A stretch of 64,000 nucleotides of DNA from Polyangiales bacterium (GCA_038231275.1 JBBRLQ010000002.1:384001-448000), one strand, 5' to 3'; positions 1 through 9,769 are shown, counted from the first letter of the stretch. A program made the numbers and translations. Notes: a model not told the origin generated them from the sequence alone.

Positions 1-1
1 C

Positions 2-142
2 TACTACGCGAAAGGACCGATGGGCTACGGAATGGGCAAGGTCGAGATCGTCGACCACGACGGCAAGGGCCACCTCACGTTCGAGGAGCGGCCGTACGTC
101 GTCATGACCGACCACGCGTTCGTCGACCTCGGGGAGTACTGA
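2..142 (+). CDS. 3' end of a gene running in from the left edge (YYAKGPMGYGMGKVEIVDHDGKGHLTFEERPYVVMTDHAFVDLGEY*), possibly YfaP/DUF2135-like
   Basis: Open frame from position 2 to TGA at 140-142 with GC3-biased codons; family guess is from recall only. Confidence 0.5.
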   Translation, partial: YYAKGPMGYGMGKVEIVDHDGKGHLTFEERPYVVMTDHAFVDLGEY

Positions 143-161
143 GCCGGTTGAGAAGCTCGGC

Positions 162-1271
162 TCACACGGACTCGGGCGACGCTTCGATGACGCGGACGAA
201 CCTCGCGAGGGCTTCGAGCGCTTCGACCGGAGGAAACGCGACGCTCGGCGCGACGACACCACGCGCAGTCATGGCGCCGGCGAGCGCACGAGATGCGGCG
301 TAGGCTTGGATCTCCGCCGTCAGGCCGTAGGGATCGCGGCCCGTCATCGAGACCTGCACGCGACGCCCGCCACGCGTCGCGCGCGCGACGACCTCGAACG
401 TCGCGTGGCGCGCGGCGCCTTCCGGTCCATCGGCGGTACGTCGGATCGTCGCGGTCGCGAGCGGCGCGCCGAGTCGAACGAGCGACGGCACCACGGCACG
501 CGCCATGTGGAGGGCCCTCGCGGCGCCCGCGCCCATCGCCAGGAACGTCCTCACCGTGCGTGCGCCCGTGTGACGCGGCACGACGACGGCGTCGGGGCTT
601 GGGATCGATATTCCCATCACGCGCTTCCCGGTCGACAGCGTGAACGTCGCGACCTTCTCTGCCGCGCGCTCGGGCACGAGGGCGCCGTCGCAAAATTGCA
701 CGGCCTGGCGTGACGCGGCGACGCCGAGCGCGGAGAGCTTGGTCCCGCGTGAGGTCGCGCCCGCGCCGTCGGCGAGGCCAAGCGTCGCGTACAAGATTTC
801 GATCGTGTCAGGCGAGCCGCCCACGCGCTCCGACGCGAGGTGCGCGGCCCAATCGCCGATCGCGATCTCGAGCCCCATCGCCGGAACGACGCAGGCGCCG
901 CTCGCCTCCGCGGTGGCTGCATAGCGGGCGACCGCGTCCTTCACGAACGCCTGTTCGCCAGTCGTGTCGACATACGCCACGCCAAGACGTGCGCAGGTCG
1001 CGAGGACGGGCTCGCCGAGGTCCACGAATGGCCCCGCGCACGCGCACACGAGCGCTCGGCCGGCGAGCACCGCCTCGAGCGCTTCGCCATCGCTGACGTC
1101 GACGACGGAGACCTCGACCGCGCCGACCTCGGCCGCGACGCGCTCGAGCTTCGCGCGGCTTCTGCCCGACACGCCGAACACGACGCCGCGCCGCGCGAGC
1201 GCCTCGCACACGAGCTTCCCCGTGAAGCCGGAGGCTCCATGGACGAGGACGGAAGCGCGGGAGGTGGTCAT
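162..1271 (-). CDS. Saccharopine dehydrogenase-like NAD(P)-binding oxidoreductase
   Basis: GASGFTG Rossmann motif, CAGPF and YVDTTGE motifs. Confidence 0.85.
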   Translation of the reverse strand: MTTSRASVLVHGASGFTGKLVCEALARRGVVFGVSGRSRAKLERVAAEVGAVEVSVVDVSDGEALEAVLAGRALVCACAGPFVDLGEPVLATCARLGVAYVDTTGEQAFVKDAVARYAATAEASGACVVPAMGLEIAIGDWAAHLASERVGGSPDTIEILYATLGLADGAGATSRGTKLSALGVAASRQAVQFCDGALVPERAAEKVATFTLSTGKRVMGISIPSPDAVVVPRHTGARTVRTFLAMGAGAARALHMARAVVPSLVRLGAPLATATIRRTADGPEGAARHATFEVVARATRGGRRVQVSMTGRDPYGLTAEIQAYAASRALAGAMTARGVVAPSVAFPPVEALEALARFVRVIEASPESV

Positions 1272-1292
1272 CGGGCCGCCCCTTCTAGCAAC

Positions 1293-1331
1293 AAAAAGAG
1301 AACGGGCCCCGGTTTGTTCCGGAGCCCGTTC
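1293..1331 (-). terminator. Rho-independent terminator downstream of the putative 6S RNA
   Basis: Minus strand reads GAACGGGCTCCGG-AACAAA-CCGGGGCCCGTTC followed by TCTTTTTGT. Confidence 0.8.
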
Positions 1332-1334
1332 AAG

Positions 1335-1538
1335 CGTTCCTTACCGCGATTGGCCGTGTTCTTGATCGCATGAACCCCTAGCCAGCGGCTAGGTGGGAAG
1401 CTTTGGCCGCGCTTTAGGCTTCCGAGTTATCCGCTCGTGAGAGCGGCCCGGCGTGCACACTGAGCGACCAGCGCCTCCCTGGTTCGTGCTTGTAAGGGAT
1501 CCATGGATTGAGAAATCACGTACCTCGAAGAGGGAACG
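1335..1538 (-). ncRNA. ssrS: 6S RNA (probable)
   Basis: About 204 nt of non-coding sequence. The ends pair (1335-1342 with 1531-1538; 1356-1368 with 1506-1520). Minus strand carries 6S-like segments GAACCAGGGAGGCGC, GTGTGCACG, GGAAGCCTAAAG and CCCACCT...GGGGTTCA. Followed by an intrinsic terminator. Confidence 0.75.
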
Positions 1539-1636
1539 ATCTGAAGGTAACGAGCGCCTCCGGATCGGTCAACGCCGCGCGGCCGGCCCCGCAAGAAATT
1601 GGGCCATTCTGTGCGCGGTGTGCGCACATCGGCGAG

Positions 1637-3115
1637 ATGGCAGACGGATTGCAGCTAGAGACGCAGGCTCCTCTCGCGTACGCGGCGCCGCTCGATGGCG
1701 CCTTCTTCTTCCTCGCCGCGGACGAGCGCGCGGCGGTCGCCGCAGAGCTCGAGGCGAAGGGGGCGGTCGTCGCGCGTGTGGACGCGATCGCGGTCACGTC
1801 GCGCGGTCGCCTCGGAGAGCTCGTCGACGCCGCCGTCGCACGCGCCATCGTCACCCGCGGCCTCCGCCCGTCTGCGGCGGTGCGCACGATCGATCTCGTC
1901 CGCGCCCTCCCTCCATCGGCGCGCGCCATCGCCGTGGTTCTTGGTTCTCTCCGCGCGCTCATCGACCAGGACGGCGCGCTCGACGCGGACGACAGCCGTA
2001 CGGTGCGCGAGCTCGCGAAGGCCTCGGAGACCGCGGCCCTGATCCTCGCGCTGGACACCGCGGACGCGACACTCGACGCCTACGGGCCGCCGGTCCCGCT
2101 CGCGTCGCTGGTATCGCCTTCGTCGCACGTGGCGGACACCGACTCCGACTCCGACACCGACTCCGACTCCGACTCCGTGACCACGACCGCGACCGCGACC
2201 ACGACCAGGACCGCGACCAGGAGCGCGACCAGGACCGCGACTGCGACCCCGGCCGCGGTCGCCGTCGCGACGCCGACCGAGCCTCTTTCGCTCCCGCTCC
2301 CGCCTCCGGAGGTCTGGCGCCCTTGGGTCACCGCGCTCATCGGCGCGCGCGGCCCTCAGCCCCTCGCGTCATTCGAGAGGCTCTTCGCGCAGGCGTACAT
2401 GCCGCTCGCGCGCGCGATCGAGGACGGGCTCGCCGATCCGCGGGCGGAGCAGGCGTACGACGAATTTCGGCGAAATTTTGCGCGCGCGTACACGGAGGCG
2501 TGCCCGACGTTCTCCGTCACCGGCAAGCGGCCGCGGATGGTCTTCGACGCGCCGGACCTGGCGTCCAAGAGCGCGCGGCTGCACGGCGCGCGCTCGACGC
2601 AGCTCCTCCTCGTGGACGGGCTTCGCTTCGATCTGGGGCTACGGGTGCGCGATCTGCTCGTGCGCGAGCTCGAGGATCGCGCGACCCTCGCTGAGGAGCA
2701 GCTCCTCTGGAGCGCGCTGCCCACCGTCACCGCGCGGCAGCTCGATCTCCTCGCGCACGGCGTGGAAGCGATGCGCGCGCAGAGCGCTCCGGAGAGCGAG
2801 GCGGAGCCGATGCGCGGCCGCACCGCCGAGACCATCCGGCGCGTGAAGATCGGGCACCGCGACGTCTTCAAGCTCGACGTCGTCCAGGCGCGCCTCACGG
2901 AGGGCGCGTCGGGGTCCGAGCTGCGGGATCTCTCGGCGCAGGTCGCCGAGGCAATCGCACGGCACGCGCAGACCCTCGCGTCTCGCACGCTCCTCTACGT
3001 CTTCGGCGATCATGGCTTCGTCCGCGACCGCGTCGGCGCGGTGACCCAGGGCGGCGCGATGCCGGAAGAAGTGCTGGTACCTGCGTTCTCGTTCCTCGTC
3101 GGCTCGGTGCACTGA
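1637..3115 (+). CDS. Protein with C-terminal PglZ-like (alkaline phosphatase superfamily) domain and a D/S/T-rich linker
   Basis: Motifs LLLVDGLRFDL, SALPTVT, GDHGF and QGGAMPEEVLVP occur in PglZ order; ATG at 1637 chosen as start. Confidence 0.6.
   Translation: MADGLQLETQAPLAYAAPLDGAFFFLAADERAAVAAELEAKGAVVARVDAIAVTSRGRLGELVDAAVARAIVTRGLRPSAAVRTIDLVRALPPSARAIAVVLGSLRALIDQDGALDADDSRTVRELAKASETAALILALDTADATLDAYGPPVPLASLVSPSSHVADTDSDSDTDSDSDSVTTTATATTTRTATRSATRTATATPAAVAVATPTEPLSLPLPPPEVWRPWVTALIGARGPQPLASFERLFAQAYMPLARAIEDGLADPRAEQAYDEFRRNFARAYTEACPTFSVTGKRPRMVFDAPDLASKSARLHGARSTQLLLVDGLRFDLGLRVRDLLVRELEDRATLAEEQLLWSALPTVTARQLDLLAHGVEAMRAQSAPESEAEPMRGRTAETIRRVKIGHRDVFKLDVVQARLTEGASGSELRDLSAQVAEAIARHAQTLASRTLLYVFGDHGFVRDRVGAVTQGGAMPEEVLVPAFSFLVGSVH
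2155..2250 (+). repeat. Intragenic hexamer/12-mer microsatellite (GACTCC/GACACC, ACCGCG/ACCAGG) encoding DSDSDT...TATRTAT
   Basis: Directly visible tandem repeats. Confidence 0.85.
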
Positions 3116-3122
3116 CGCCGCG

Positions 3123-3296
3123 TCAGCCGCGGAGGGCGCGATAAACCGTGCTCCGCGCGACGTCGCGACGCACGGCCAGGTCCGCCCCGCTCGCGCCTTG
3201 CGGGTACGCCTCGCCGTCCGCGCGCGCCCCGAGGCGAACGGCGCGCTCCCAGCGCTCACGGAGGAGCTGAGATCTGGGCTCGTCGAGGATGAGCAC
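3123..3296 (-). pseudogene. Probable internally deleted remnant of an AcoR-type (GAF...HTH) activator divergent from aldB
   Basis: 57-codon frame [23 protein letters not shown]...DLAVRR|DVARSTVYRALRG. It has a GAF-like N-terminal start and a Fis-HTH-like end, with a CGTCGCG direct repeat at the junction. Confidence 0.5.
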
Positions 3297-3466
3297 GCGC
3301 TCATTGTTCCACGCAGAAGGCGCGCGGCCCACGCCGTATTTGCGTGATGCGGCGCAGCAACGCTGTCTCGTTTCGCGACGACTGCAGTCCGGCAGCGCTC
3401 CACCCGCGCTACGAAAATCCCTGCGACGGCCTGCGATCGCCCGGGATGAGAGCGTGACGCGGGGCG

Positions 3467-3482
3467 CGGCCCGAGCGTTGCT
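3467..3482 (+). promoter_or_regulatory. Sigma-54 (-24/-12) promoter upstream of aldB
   Basis: CGGCCCGAGCGTTGCT has exact GG-N10-GC spacing with TTGC, about 40 nt before the ATG; RBS AGGAG at 3511. Confidence 0.65.
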
Positions 3483-3522
3483 AGGGAAGGTGGCGAACCC
3501 GACCCGAACGAGGAGAAACGCC

Positions 3523-5046
3523 ATGGTCTACGTCCCGCCGAACCAGCCCGGCTCGAAGGTGAAGTTCAAGTCCCGCTACGGCAACTACATCGGCGGGGAA
3601 TGGAAAGAGCCGATCAAGGGCCAGTATTTCGAGAACATCTCGCCGGTAAACGGCAAGGCCTTCTGCGAGATCCCGCGCTCGACCGCCGAGGACATCGAGA
3701 AGGCGCTCGACGCCGCGCACGCCGCCAAGGGCAAGTGGGGCAAGACCTCCACCACCGAGCGCGCGAACATCTTGAACAAGATCGCGGACCGCATCGAGGC
3801 GAACCTCGAGATGCTCGCGGTCGCCGAGACGTGGGACAACGGCAAACCCGTCCGCGAGTCCCTCGCCGCCGATCTCCCGCTCTGCGTCGATCACTGGCGC
3901 TACTTCGCGGGCTGCATCCGCGCGCAGGAGGGCACCTCCAGCCAGATCGACGACAACACGGTCGCGTATCACTTCCACGAGCCGCTCGGCGTCGTCGGCC
4001 AAATCATCCCTTGGAACTTCCCCCTCCTCATGGCCACGTGGAAGATGGCCCCGGCCCTCGCGGCGGGCAACTGCGTCGTGCTGAAACCGGCCGAGCAGAC
4101 CCCGGCGTCCATTCTGCTCTTGATGGAGCTCATCGGCGATCTGCTGCCGCCGGGCGTCCTCAACGTCGTGAACGGGTTCGGTGTCGAGGCCGGCAAGCCC
4201 CTCGCATCCTCCAATCGCGTCTCCAAAATCGCGTTCACCGGTGAGACGACCACCGGCCGCCTCATCATGCAGTACGCGTCGGAGAACCTGATCCCGGTCA
4301 CCCTCGAGCTCGGCGGAAAATCGCCGAACATCTTCTTCGAAGACGTCCTCGCGAAGAACGACGCGTTCGTCGAGAAGGCGCTCGAGGGCTTCGGCATGTT
4401 CGCGCTGAACCAGGGCGAGGTCTGCACATGCCCGTCGCGCGTGCTCGTGCAGCAGTCGATTCACGCGCAGTTCATGGAGCGCGCCGTCGAACGCACGAAG
4501 ACGCACGCCGTGCCGGGAAATCCGCTCGATCCGAAGACGACGGTCGGCGCCCAAGCGTCGCGCGATCAGCTCGAGAAGATCCTGAGCTACCTCGACATCG
4601 GCAAGAAGGAGGGCGCCAAGGTCCTCTGCGGCGGCGAGCAAGCCAAGCTCTCGGGCGATCTCGCGGGCGGCTTTTACGTGATGCCGACGGTCTTCGCCGG
4701 TCACAACAAGATGCGCATCTTCCAGGAGGAGATCTTCGGACCGGTGGTCTCGACGACCGCGTTCAAGGATTTCGACGACGCCATCGCGATCGCCAACGAC
4801 ACGCTCTACGGCCTCGGCGCCGGCGTGTGGACGCGCGACGGCTCGCAGGCCTACCGCGCGGGCCGCGCCATCCAGGCGGGTCGCGTGTGGACCAACTGCT
4901 ACCACCTCTACCCCGCAGGCGCGGCGTTCGGCGGCTACAAGCAGTCCGGCATCGGGCGCGAGAACCACGCGATGATGCTCGACCACTACCAGCAGACGAA
5001 GAACCTCCTCGTCAGCTACGACCCGAACCCCATGGGCTTCTTCTGA
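3523..5046 (+). CDS. aldB: NAD+-dependent (acet)aldehyde dehydrogenase, AldB/ExaC type
   Basis: [31 protein letters not shown] and EEIFGPV motifs; C-terminal PMGFF; strong RBS. Confidence 0.93.
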   Translation: MVYVPPNQPGSKVKFKSRYGNYIGGEWKEPIKGQYFENISPVNGKAFCEIPRSTAEDIEKALDAAHAAKGKWGKTSTTERANILNKIADRIEANLEMLAVAETWDNGKPVRESLAADLPLCVDHWRYFAGCIRAQEGTSSQIDDNTVAYHFHEPLGVVGQIIPWNFPLLMATWKMAPALAAGNCVVLKPAEQTPASILLLMELIGDLLPPGVLNVVNGFGVEAGKPLASSNRVSKIAFTGETTTGRLIMQYASENLIPVTLELGGKSPNIFFEDVLAKNDAFVEKALEGFGMFALNQGEVCTCPSRVLVQQSIHAQFMERAVERTKTHAVPGNPLDPKTTVGAQASRDQLEKILSYLDIGKKEGAKVLCGGEQAKLSGDLAGGFYVMPTVFAGHNKMRIFQEEIFGPVVSTTAFKDFDDAIAIANDTLYGLGAGVWTRDGSQAYRAGRAIQAGRVWTNCYHLYPAGAAFGGYKQSGIGRENHAMMLDHYQQTKNLLVSYDPNPMGFF

Positions 5047-5060
5047 GCGAGGGGTGCGCC

Positions 5061-5459
5061 GTGGCCGACGTCGTTCGACGGGTCGACGTGACCCCCGCCG
5101 CCGCGGCGCTGCTTCGCGAGCTCGCGGCCGAAAATGGACCGCTCCTGTTTCACCAGTCGGGAGGCTGCTGCGACGGGAGCGCGCCCATGTGCTATCCGCG
5201 CAAGGAGTTCAAGATCGGGCAGCGCGACGTGCTGCTCGGCGAGATCGAAGGGTGCCCCTTCTTCATGGGAGGGGCGCAGTTCGAGTACTGGAAGCACACG
5301 CACCTGACGATCGACGTCGTGCCGGGGCGCGGCAGCGGCTTCTCACTGGAGGCGCCGCGCGGCGTCCGGTTCCTCACCCGCTCGCGCGTCTTCGAGGACG
5401 CGGAGATCGCGGCGCTCGAGGCGCAAGGCGCCCCGCCGGTAGGCCCGATCGACGCCTGA
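5061..5459 (+). CDS. DUF779 family protein
   Basis: FHQSGGCCDGSAPMC and GRGSGFSLE motifs; typical position after aldB. Confidence 0.9.
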   Translation: MADVVRRVDVTPAAAALLRELAAENGPLLFHQSGGCCDGSAPMCYPRKEFKIGQRDVLLGEIEGCPFFMGGAQFEYWKHTHLTIDVVPGRGSGFSLEAPRGVRFLTRSRVFEDAEIAALEAQGAPPVGPIDA

Positions 5460-5480
5460 GCGCCACCGCGCGTGGGCAGG

Positions 5481-5867
5481 CTAACGTGCGCGGTCGCGCG
5501 TCGGTACCGGGTCTTCCTTTATCCGGTAGGCGCGGCCTCGGATGCTCACGATCGTCCGCCCGCTGAAATCCCAGGCGAGCGACGCGGTCGCGTCGTCGAC
5601 GCTCACGAAGCGCGCGTGGATCTCGGCGGCGCGGTTGCGCAGCATATGGCGCGCCGTGACCGTCGCCTCGCGGCCGCTCCCGCCGATCGCCTGCACGTTG
5701 AGCTCCTGGAACGACTCGTAGATGTCCGCGCTCGGCGTCTCGGTGAGGATCTCGACGTCCTCGGCGGCCGCCGTGAGGGCGACGTTCGCGGGCGGCATCT
5801 CCCAGCAGCCGGCGCCGAGCGCGGACAGTGGCAGTGCGAGCGCGAGCAGGATCGAACCTAGACGCAT
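5481..5867 (-). CDS. Small lipoprotein, possibly DUF4156-like
   Basis: Signal peptide with lipobox (LGAGC); LRNRAAE...GRAY pattern. Confidence 0.55.
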   Translation of the reverse strand: MRLGSILLALALPLSALGAGCWEMPPANVALTAAAEDVEILTETPSADIYESFQELNVQAIGGSGREATVTARHMLRNRAAEIHARFVSVDDATASLAWDFSGRTIVSIRGRAYRIKEDPVPTRDRAR

Positions 5868-5926
5868 GGTACCGCCGCCATCCTTCCACCCCCTGCATCC
5901 CACGTCCAGATCGCGGCGGTCTTGCC

Positions 5927-6784
5927 TCACGTGAAGCCTAGCGCGGCGTCGGGCGACGCCATCGCGTCGATCAGCGTTCGGGCCATTTTTCCAGCGTGGT
6001 AGCCGTCCATGACCCTGTGGTCGAACGCCACACCGACCGTGGCCACCCGGCGGACCACGACCGCGCCATCCCGCACGACCGGCGCCTCGCGGACGACGCC
6101 GAGGGTGAGGACGATGGGGACCCGCGACATCTCGACGAGCGGCGCCCACGCGACGGTGATGCCGAAGACGCCGACGTTGGTGACCATGCACGAGCCGAAG
6201 GCGTCGCGTGGAATGCCGAAGCGACTCAGGTTCAAGCCGAGGTCGTAGGAGAGGAGGCCCCCGGCGCGCGTCGCGAGGCCGACCATCGGCGCGGGGAGCT
6301 TCGCGAGCATCGCCGAGCTCCGCGCGGTCTCGGCGTCGCCGCGCGTCCGGAGCCGCTCTGCACGCTCGCGCAGCTCGCGGGCAATCTCCACCGTGCTCTT
6401 CTCGTTCACTGCGCAGATTTTGGCGCCCGCGAGGTTGGCCTCCTTCTTCTTCGCGCCAGCGGGCGACGCGACGCCGGCGTCCTGGTCGAAGAAGGCAACT
6501 TGGAAGAAGACGTCGACCGTCTCGCGCAGCATCAGGCGGCCGCGCGAGACGAAGCCGTTCACCTCGGGATGCTCGGCGATCGCGAGGCCGATCGCGCGCC
6601 CGAGCACGTGCGTGAGGGTGACCTTCTCTCCCGACGCCTCGCGGAGCCGCTCGATGTAGTCGAGCGCCGGCTCGCAATCGAGATCGATCATGCCGTACGC
6701 GGCGGGGCTTCGCGGGGCGCCCCACGCGGAGAGGGCGACCTTGCGCCACGTCGGGAGCGAACGAAGCTCGCGAAACACGCTCAT
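5927..6784 (-). CDS. 2-oxoacid dehydrogenase E2-like acyltransferase, catalytic domain only
   Basis: TNVG and FDHRVMDG motifs; no lipoyl domain. Confidence 0.85.
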   Translation of the reverse strand: MSVFRELRSLPTWRKVALSAWGAPRSPAAYGMIDLDCEPALDYIERLREASGEKVTLTHVLGRAIGLAIAEHPEVNGFVSRGRLMLRETVDVFFQVAFFDQDAGVASPAGAKKKEANLAGAKICAVNEKSTVEIARELRERAERLRTRGDAETARSSAMLAKLPAPMVGLATRAGGLLSYDLGLNLSRFGIPRDAFGSCMVTNVGVFGITVAWAPLVEMSRVPIVLTLGVVREAPVVRDGAVVVRRVATVGVAFDHRVMDGYHAGKMARTLIDAMASPDAALGFT

Positions 6785-6816
6785 GAAGGCGCAGCCTACG
6801 CTAGAAAGGCGTGCCG

Positions 6817-8328
6817 ATGCCCGTCGCGCACCCCGAGCTACGCTCGCCCCTCCTCCGCTTCTTCGCGCTCGCCGAGGGCGCCGGCGCTGCGACGAGGCTC
6901 GTCCACGACGCGAGCGGGTCGCATACGTTCGCCGAAATCGGCGGCGCGGCACGACGCTGCGCGGGTGCCCTCGGATCGCTCGACGGCGCGCGGGTCGCGA
7001 TCCTCGCGTCGCCGGGCGCGGCGTTCCTGGAAGCCTTCTTCGGCGCGCTCGCGGCGGGCGGATGCGTCGTCGTCCTCTCGCCGCTGCATCCGGAAGCGGA
7101 GACCGCCTATTTTTGCGGGGATGCGGGCGTCTCCACGCTCCTCGTGACGCGTGACCTCGAAGCGCGCGTGACCCAGGTCGCCGACGGCCGCCGTGTCTTG
7201 CGCGTGGACGAAGCGCGCACTGCGGCGCCGCTCGAGAGGATTTCGGCGGCGCGCGGGCCCGATGCGGCGCTCCAGCTCTACACGAGCGGGACCACCGGCA
7301 AACCGAAGGGCGCGGTGCTCACACACGAAAACCTCGCCGTGCAGCAGGAGCTCCTCGGCGACGCGTGGGGCTGGCGCGACGGAGACGTCCTCTTGCATGC
7401 CCTTCCGCTTCATCACTTGCACGGCCTCGGGATCGCGCTCCTGACCGCGCTCGGCGCGGGCGCGGGCGTGCGGATGCTCCCAGCGTTCGACGCGACCGCG
7501 ATCTGGGAGGGGATGGCGCGATCGACGGTCGTGATGGGCGTGCCGACGATGTACACGAAGCTCTTCGCCTGCTTCGACGCCGCCGACGAGCCGACGCGCG
7601 CGCGATGGACCGCCGGCGCGCGCGCCCTGCGTCTCGCGACGAGCGGAAGCGCCGCGCTCCCGGTCTCTCTCGGCGAACGATGGCGCGCCCTCACCGGCCG
7701 CTACCCCCTCGAGCGCTTCGGCATGACCGAGATCGGCGTCGGGATGACGAACCCTTTGGACGGCGAGCGCCGCCCCGGTTTCGTGGGCGCTCCGCTGCCG
7801 AGCGTCGAGGCGCGTATCGTCGGCGAGGACGGCAAGGACGCGCCGAGTGGCGAGCTGTGGATCCGGGGCCCCAGCGTATTTTCCGGCTACTGGAGGCGCG
7901 AGGATGCGACGGCCGAGGCGTTCGTGGACGGCTGGTTCCGCACCGGCGACACCGTCACGCGCGAGGACGGCTCCTTCAAGATCCTCGGGCGCACGAGCGT
8001 CGACATCCTGAAGAGCGGCGGCTACAAGCTCTCCGCGCTCGAGATCGAAGAGGTCCTTCGCGAGCACCCCGCCATCGCCGAGGTCGCGGTCATCGGCGTC
8101 CCCGATCCGACCTGGGGCGATCGCGTCGTCGCCTGCGTGCTCGCGCGCGAAGGTCGCGCTTCGGAATGCGCAGAGGACGCGGTGCGCGCGTTCGCCAAGA
8201 CGAAGCTCGCCGCGTACAAGGTACCGAAGAACGTGCTCCTCCTCACCGAGCTCCCGCGCAATGCGGTCGGTAAGGTCGTGAAGCCCGAGCTCGCCAAGCG
8301 CATCGCCGGCCTCGTCCCCACCGAATAG
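6817..8328 (+). CDS. Acyl-CoA synthetase (malonyl-CoA synthetase MatB/ACSF3-like)
   Basis: YTSGTTGKPKG, ERFGMTE, FRTGD and LPRNAVGK motifs. Confidence 0.88.
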   Translation: MPVAHPELRSPLLRFFALAEGAGAATRLVHDASGSHTFAEIGGAARRCAGALGSLDGARVAILASPGAAFLEAFFGALAAGGCVVVLSPLHPEAETAYFCGDAGVSTLLVTRDLEARVTQVADGRRVLRVDEARTAAPLERISAARGPDAALQLYTSGTTGKPKGAVLTHENLAVQQELLGDAWGWRDGDVLLHALPLHHLHGLGIALLTALGAGAGVRMLPAFDATAIWEGMARSTVVMGVPTMYTKLFACFDAADEPTRARWTAGARALRLATSGSAALPVSLGERWRALTGRYPLERFGMTEIGVGMTNPLDGERRPGFVGAPLPSVEARIVGEDGKDAPSGELWIRGPSVFSGYWRREDATAEAFVDGWFRTGDTVTREDGSFKILGRTSVDILKSGGYKLSALEIEEVLREHPAIAEVAVIGVPDPTWGDRVVACVLAREGRASECAEDAVRAFAKTKLAAYKVPKNVLLLTELPRNAVGKVVKPELAKRIAGLVPTE

Positions 8329-8335
8329 GTGGTCT

Positions 8336-9733
8336 CTACACCTTTCGCGTCTGCCAGCGGCCGCGCCGGAAGAGGAGGCCCGCGACCACGCTCTGCATCG
8401 CGTACGCCGCGGTGATGGCGAGGAAGACCCCGCGCGGGCCGAGGCCCACGACCTTCGCGAGGACGACCGCGCACGGGATCTTGAACAGCCAGAACGCGGC
8501 AAAATTCACGACCATCGGCGTCGTCGTGTCGCCCGCGCCGTTGAAGGCCTGGACCGTAACCATCCCGAACGCGAACACGACGAAGCCGATCGCGACGATG
8601 CGCAGGCAGTCGGAGCCGTACGCGACGACCGCCGGATCGGTCGCGAAGAGCACGACGATGACCCCCGGGGCGATCGCGAAGATCGCCCCCACCGGCCCCA
8701 AGAACGCGACGTTGTAGCGCGCGATCGTCCACACCGACGTCTTCGCGCGTTCCGGCTCGCCGGCGCCGAGGTTTTGACCGACGAGCGCCGCCGCCGCCTG
8801 CGCGAGCCCCCACGACGGCAGCAGCGCGAAGATCGCCACGCGCATCGCGATCGTGTAGCCGGCGAGCGCGGCGCTCCCGTACGAGGAGATGATGCGCACC
8901 AGCGCGAGCCAGCTCGCGGTCTCGATGAGCACTTGCCCGGTCGCGGGCGTCGCGAGCTTCACGAGCTCGCCAATGAGCCCGAGTCGCACCGCGACGTGGC
9001 GACGTGCGATCGCGAGGTGCCCGCGCTTCCGCATGAGCATCGCGAGCTGGTAGCCGACCCCGAGCGCGCGGCTGAACGTGGTGGCCACCGCGGCGCCGAC
9101 GACGCCCATCCGCGGGAACGGACCGACGCCGAAAATGAGGCACGGCGCGAGGACGATGTTGACGAGGTTCGCGAGCCAGAGCGACCGCATCGCGATCGCC
9201 GCGTCGCCGACGCTGCGAAATACCGCGTTGACGACGAACAGCAGGAACACCGTGACGCTCCCACCCAGCATCACGGCGGTGTACGTCGAGCCGGTCGACA
9301 CGACCTCGGCGTCCGCGCCCATGAGTCCGAGCAGCCACGGCGACGTCCCGGCCCCAACCACGCCGAGGACCGCCGCCAGCGCGAGGGCGACGAGGATCAC
9401 CTGAACGGCGGCGATGCCCGCGCCGTCCCAGTCCTTCTGCCCCGCGCGACGCGACACGATCGCGGTCGCCGCCGCGGACAATCCCATCGCCAGCGCGTAC
9501 GTCGGCGCCAGCATCGATTCGGTGAGGCCGACCGTCGCGACCGCCGTGGAGCCGAGCTTCGACACGAAGAAGATGTCCACGATGGTGAGCACCGACTCCA
9601 TCGCCATCTCGAGGATGGTCGGCACCGCGAGGAGCACGACGGCGCGCCGGATCGGGATCGTCGTCAGATCCTGCGTCGTGCCGCGGACCGCCTCACGGAG
9701 GATCGCCCAGGTGCTCGAGGTGTCGGTCGTCAT
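8336..9733 (-). CDS. MATE family efflux transporter
   Basis: Multi-TM protein with DIFFVSKLG, MGVVGAAVAT, GQNLGAG and AFNGAGDT motifs. Confidence 0.9.
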   Translation of the reverse strand: MTTDTSSTWAILREAVRGTTQDLTTIPIRRAVVLLAVPTILEMAMESVLTIVDIFFVSKLGSTAVATVGLTESMLAPTYALAMGLSAAATAIVSRRAGQKDWDGAGIAAVQVILVALALAAVLGVVGAGTSPWLLGLMGADAEVVSTGSTYTAVMLGGSVTVFLLFVVNAVFRSVGDAAIAMRSLWLANLVNIVLAPCLIFGVGPFPRMGVVGAAVATTFSRALGVGYQLAMLMRKRGHLAIARRHVAVRLGLIGELVKLATPATGQVLIETASWLALVRIISSYGSAALAGYTIAMRVAIFALLPSWGLAQAAAALVGQNLGAGEPERAKTSVWTIARYNVAFLGPVGAIFAIAPGVIVVLFATDPAVVAYGSDCLRIVAIGFVVFAFGMVTVQAFNGAGDTTTPMVVNFAAFWLFKIPCAVVLAKVVGLGPRGVFLAITAAYAMQSVVAGLLFRRGRWQTRKV

Positions 9734-9769
9734 CCGGAAGGCGGCACATCATAGCCCGGAACCTCGGCG

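Noticed and set aside
1637-3115. BREX defence system
   Set aside because: Only a PglZ-like domain; no brxA/B/C, pglX or brxL in the window
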